Shown: positions 63,823-64,000 of the stretch, in pieces
How positions within the stretch are numbered: the first letter of the stretch is position 1
Layout of the letters: each line of letters begins with the position of its first letter
The notes under the pieces: generated by a model
What the model was told of the DNA's origin: nothing
What the model saw: the letters and a program-made list of their open reading frames with translations, nothing else
Database searches by the model: none
Translations under genes and position numbers: made by a program
Origin: Chrysomallon squamiferum
Taxonomy: Eukaryota > Animalia > Mollusca
Direction: 5' to 3'
NCBI GenBank assembly: GCA_012295275.1
Contig: CM022679.1
Coordinates: 3,100,001-3,164,000, forward strand
Length of the DNA: 64,000 nt

Positions 63823-64000
63823 TCAGTCAATCAGTCAGTCAGTCAGACAGTCAGTCAGTCAGTCAGACAGTCAGTCAGTCAGTCAGTCAGTCAGTCAGAT
63901 AGTCAGTCAGAGAGTGAGTGAGTGAGTCAGTCAGTCAGAGAGTGAATGAGTGACTGAGTGAGTGAGTGAGTCAGACAGACAGTCAGTCAGTCAGACAGTC
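63823..64000. repeat. (TCAG)n/(TGAG)n tetranucleotide microsatellite
   Basis: Directly visible to the end of the window. Confidence 0.92.

Overview
Very AT-rich, microsatellite-dense animal genomic DNA with GT-AG spliceosomal introns; probably a mollusc/gastropod (inferred from gene content and SINE-like fragments, not certain). Most entries in the ORF track are microsatellite read-through. Four protein-coding genes were reconstructed by hand with phase-consistent splice sites. (1-2) A head-to-head pair of AQP8/TIP-like aquaporins: gene A (-, 4190-7176) and gene B (+, 11165-15718). (3) A 26-exon, ~1426-aa type I membrane protein (-, 17802-35434): signal peptide, 2x[Gla-like module + TSP1], 6 more TSP1, 2 LamG, Ig, TM, and a long acidic/Ser-Pro tail. 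(4) The 5' part of a UPF0764/C16orf89-like secreted protein (+, from 50115, running out of the window). Top finding: gene A has two duplicated, mutually exclusive first coding exons that swap the helix-2 ar/R selectivity residue (His vs Phe) and an acidic dileucine sorting motif, while gene B has duplicated alternative last exons, one with a YxxL motif. The locus therefore looks like a modular exon-swap system tuning pore chemistry and trafficking. Second finding: the receptor carries two glutamate-poor Gla-like modules that keep the two-exon, phase 1-0-1 organisation of vertebrate vitamin K-dependent Gla domains. No transcript, alignment or database evidence was available; all models need confirmation.
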